From contig NEEC01000017.1 of NCBI GenBank assembly GCA_002189035.1, forward strand, positions 2,542,001-2,606,000: DNA of 64,000 bases, written 5' to 3'. Below are positions 62,912 to 64,000 of the stretch, one piece after another; position 1 is the first letter of the stretch; each line of letters starts with the position of its first letter. Source of the DNA: Utricularia gibba. Lineage: Eukaryota > Plantae > Magnoliophyta. Below the pieces are notes generated by a model. It had not been told where the DNA came from, made no database searches, and worked only from the letters and a program-made list of their open reading frames with translations. Position numbers and translations under genes: made by a program.

Positions 62912-63772
62912 ATGGCCTTACCCGCAGGCACAACAATCGCACCCAGGAGAGTTTCGGTTTTGTATTATTTATGCAGAAATGGGCAGCTTGAGCATCCTCA
63001 CTTGATGGAGGTTACGCTTTCCTCCCCCATGGACTCTTCCTGAGAGGTAGGTATTTCCCATCTAGTAGTCACTAAAAGACGCTGGCGTTTGTGTTGTGAC
63101 CTGCTGCTTCCTTCGCAGATGTAATCGACCGCCTGAATGTTCTTCGAGGAAACGGCATGACGGCCTCGTATTCCTGGTCCTGTAAACGGTAGCAGCCTAC
63201 TTTCACACCAGAAACTAAATTTTTGAATAAATTTATGGTTTTTGACGGGGAATTGAATACCATGCCACAGGGGCTACAAGAATGGATTCGTGTGGAACGA
63301 TTTGTCAGAGGACGATCTCATATTTCCGGTGCACGGCCACCACGAGTACGTGCTGAAGGGCTCCGAGATCATTCCCCCCCCGGGCTGCTGTCCATCCCGA
63401 CACCTCGAGTCGCCGCCGCAACCTCTCCTGCGGTGGCTCCATCGACTTCAGCCCCAATCCCAATCCGAAGAGGGGGAGGAGGCCGACCAGCACGAGCAGA
63501 GAAAGGAGGAAGAGCAAGTAGAAGTAGAATTATCCGAGATAGTTATAACCCCGTCGGAGTCCAACTCCAGCTCTGGGACGGTTGTTGAAGAACCCCCCAT
63601 CTTGTTGGTGAATCAGAAACCCCATCAGAAACAGAAACTGCCCGTGGACAAGGAGAAAGCCGGGAAATTCCTCCAGCTGATCTGCGGCCCCCGGGCAACA
63701 GAAGAAGCCTCGGCCTGGGACTCGGAAACCTCATCAAATGGGAATCGCGCCGAGTCAAAGTACCCATGTTGA
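62912..63772 (+). CDS. SOK: SOSEKI (DIX-like domain, DUF966) polarity protein, 3 exons, with an apparent frameshift in exon 1 (true end may be 63855)
   Basis: [79 protein letters not shown] and FLQLICG. Confidence 0.85.
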
Positions 63773-63971
63773 AGAGGTCAATCACCTGTCATTGCGGCGG
63801 GGACGGCCATCGCAGGCACACCTCTTCCACGTTACCAATAGAGCCCAACAATTGAGTTGTTGGGCTGAGGCCCGCCCGAGTGCAGTGGAGATCACCATCC
63901 GATCTTTGTTGGCGCATATATTTCTTTAGGAGGTCCGGTGGATTGCTTTGTTAGGACTTGAATCCAGTATG

Positions 63972-64000
63972 TGACCTGACCTGACCTGACCAGACCAGAC
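63972..64000 (+). repeat. (TGACC)4(AGACC)n pentanucleotide repeat running off the window edge
   Basis: Read directly from the sequence. Confidence 0.85.

Overview
Nuclear DNA from a gene-dense flowering plant, most likely a eudicot with a compact genome (about 21 protein-coding genes in 64 kb, mostly 70-200 nt introns, almost no transposon sequence). Genes left to right: UTP10/HEATR1 (partial), RABD/Rab1, IRK/PXC2-type LRR-RLK, UXT-type nucleotide-sugar transporter, KUP2-type K+ transporter, WEB-family coiled-coil protein, SAG20/WUN1-like NTF2-fold protein, RER5/6-like, PRA1.B, arginyl-tRNA transferase, PH-domain protein, PSRP4, CalS11-like callose synthase, GMT1/EPC1, FAS1-domain protein, a divergent C2-like ORF, PXN, SBPase, a TPT-family nucleotide-sugar transporter, a Myb/SANT-like protein with an internal 129-bp repeat, and a SOSEKI protein. 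The ORF track misses a 1.5-kb non-coding RNA hub at 12.6-14.1 kb. It holds a minus-strand polycistron of at least four box C/D snoRNAs back-to-back with a U5 snRNA gene, then a rearranged plastid ycf2 fragment and tRNA-His. Other points of note: a probable CUG-initiated SAG20-like gene, a U12-type intron and a Tourist-like MITE. At least seven apparent 1-bp deletions, all in G/C homopolymer runs of otherwise intact genes, are most simply read as assembly errors. I found no convincing wholly new biological system. Family names and orthologies come from recognition of the sequences, not from database searches.
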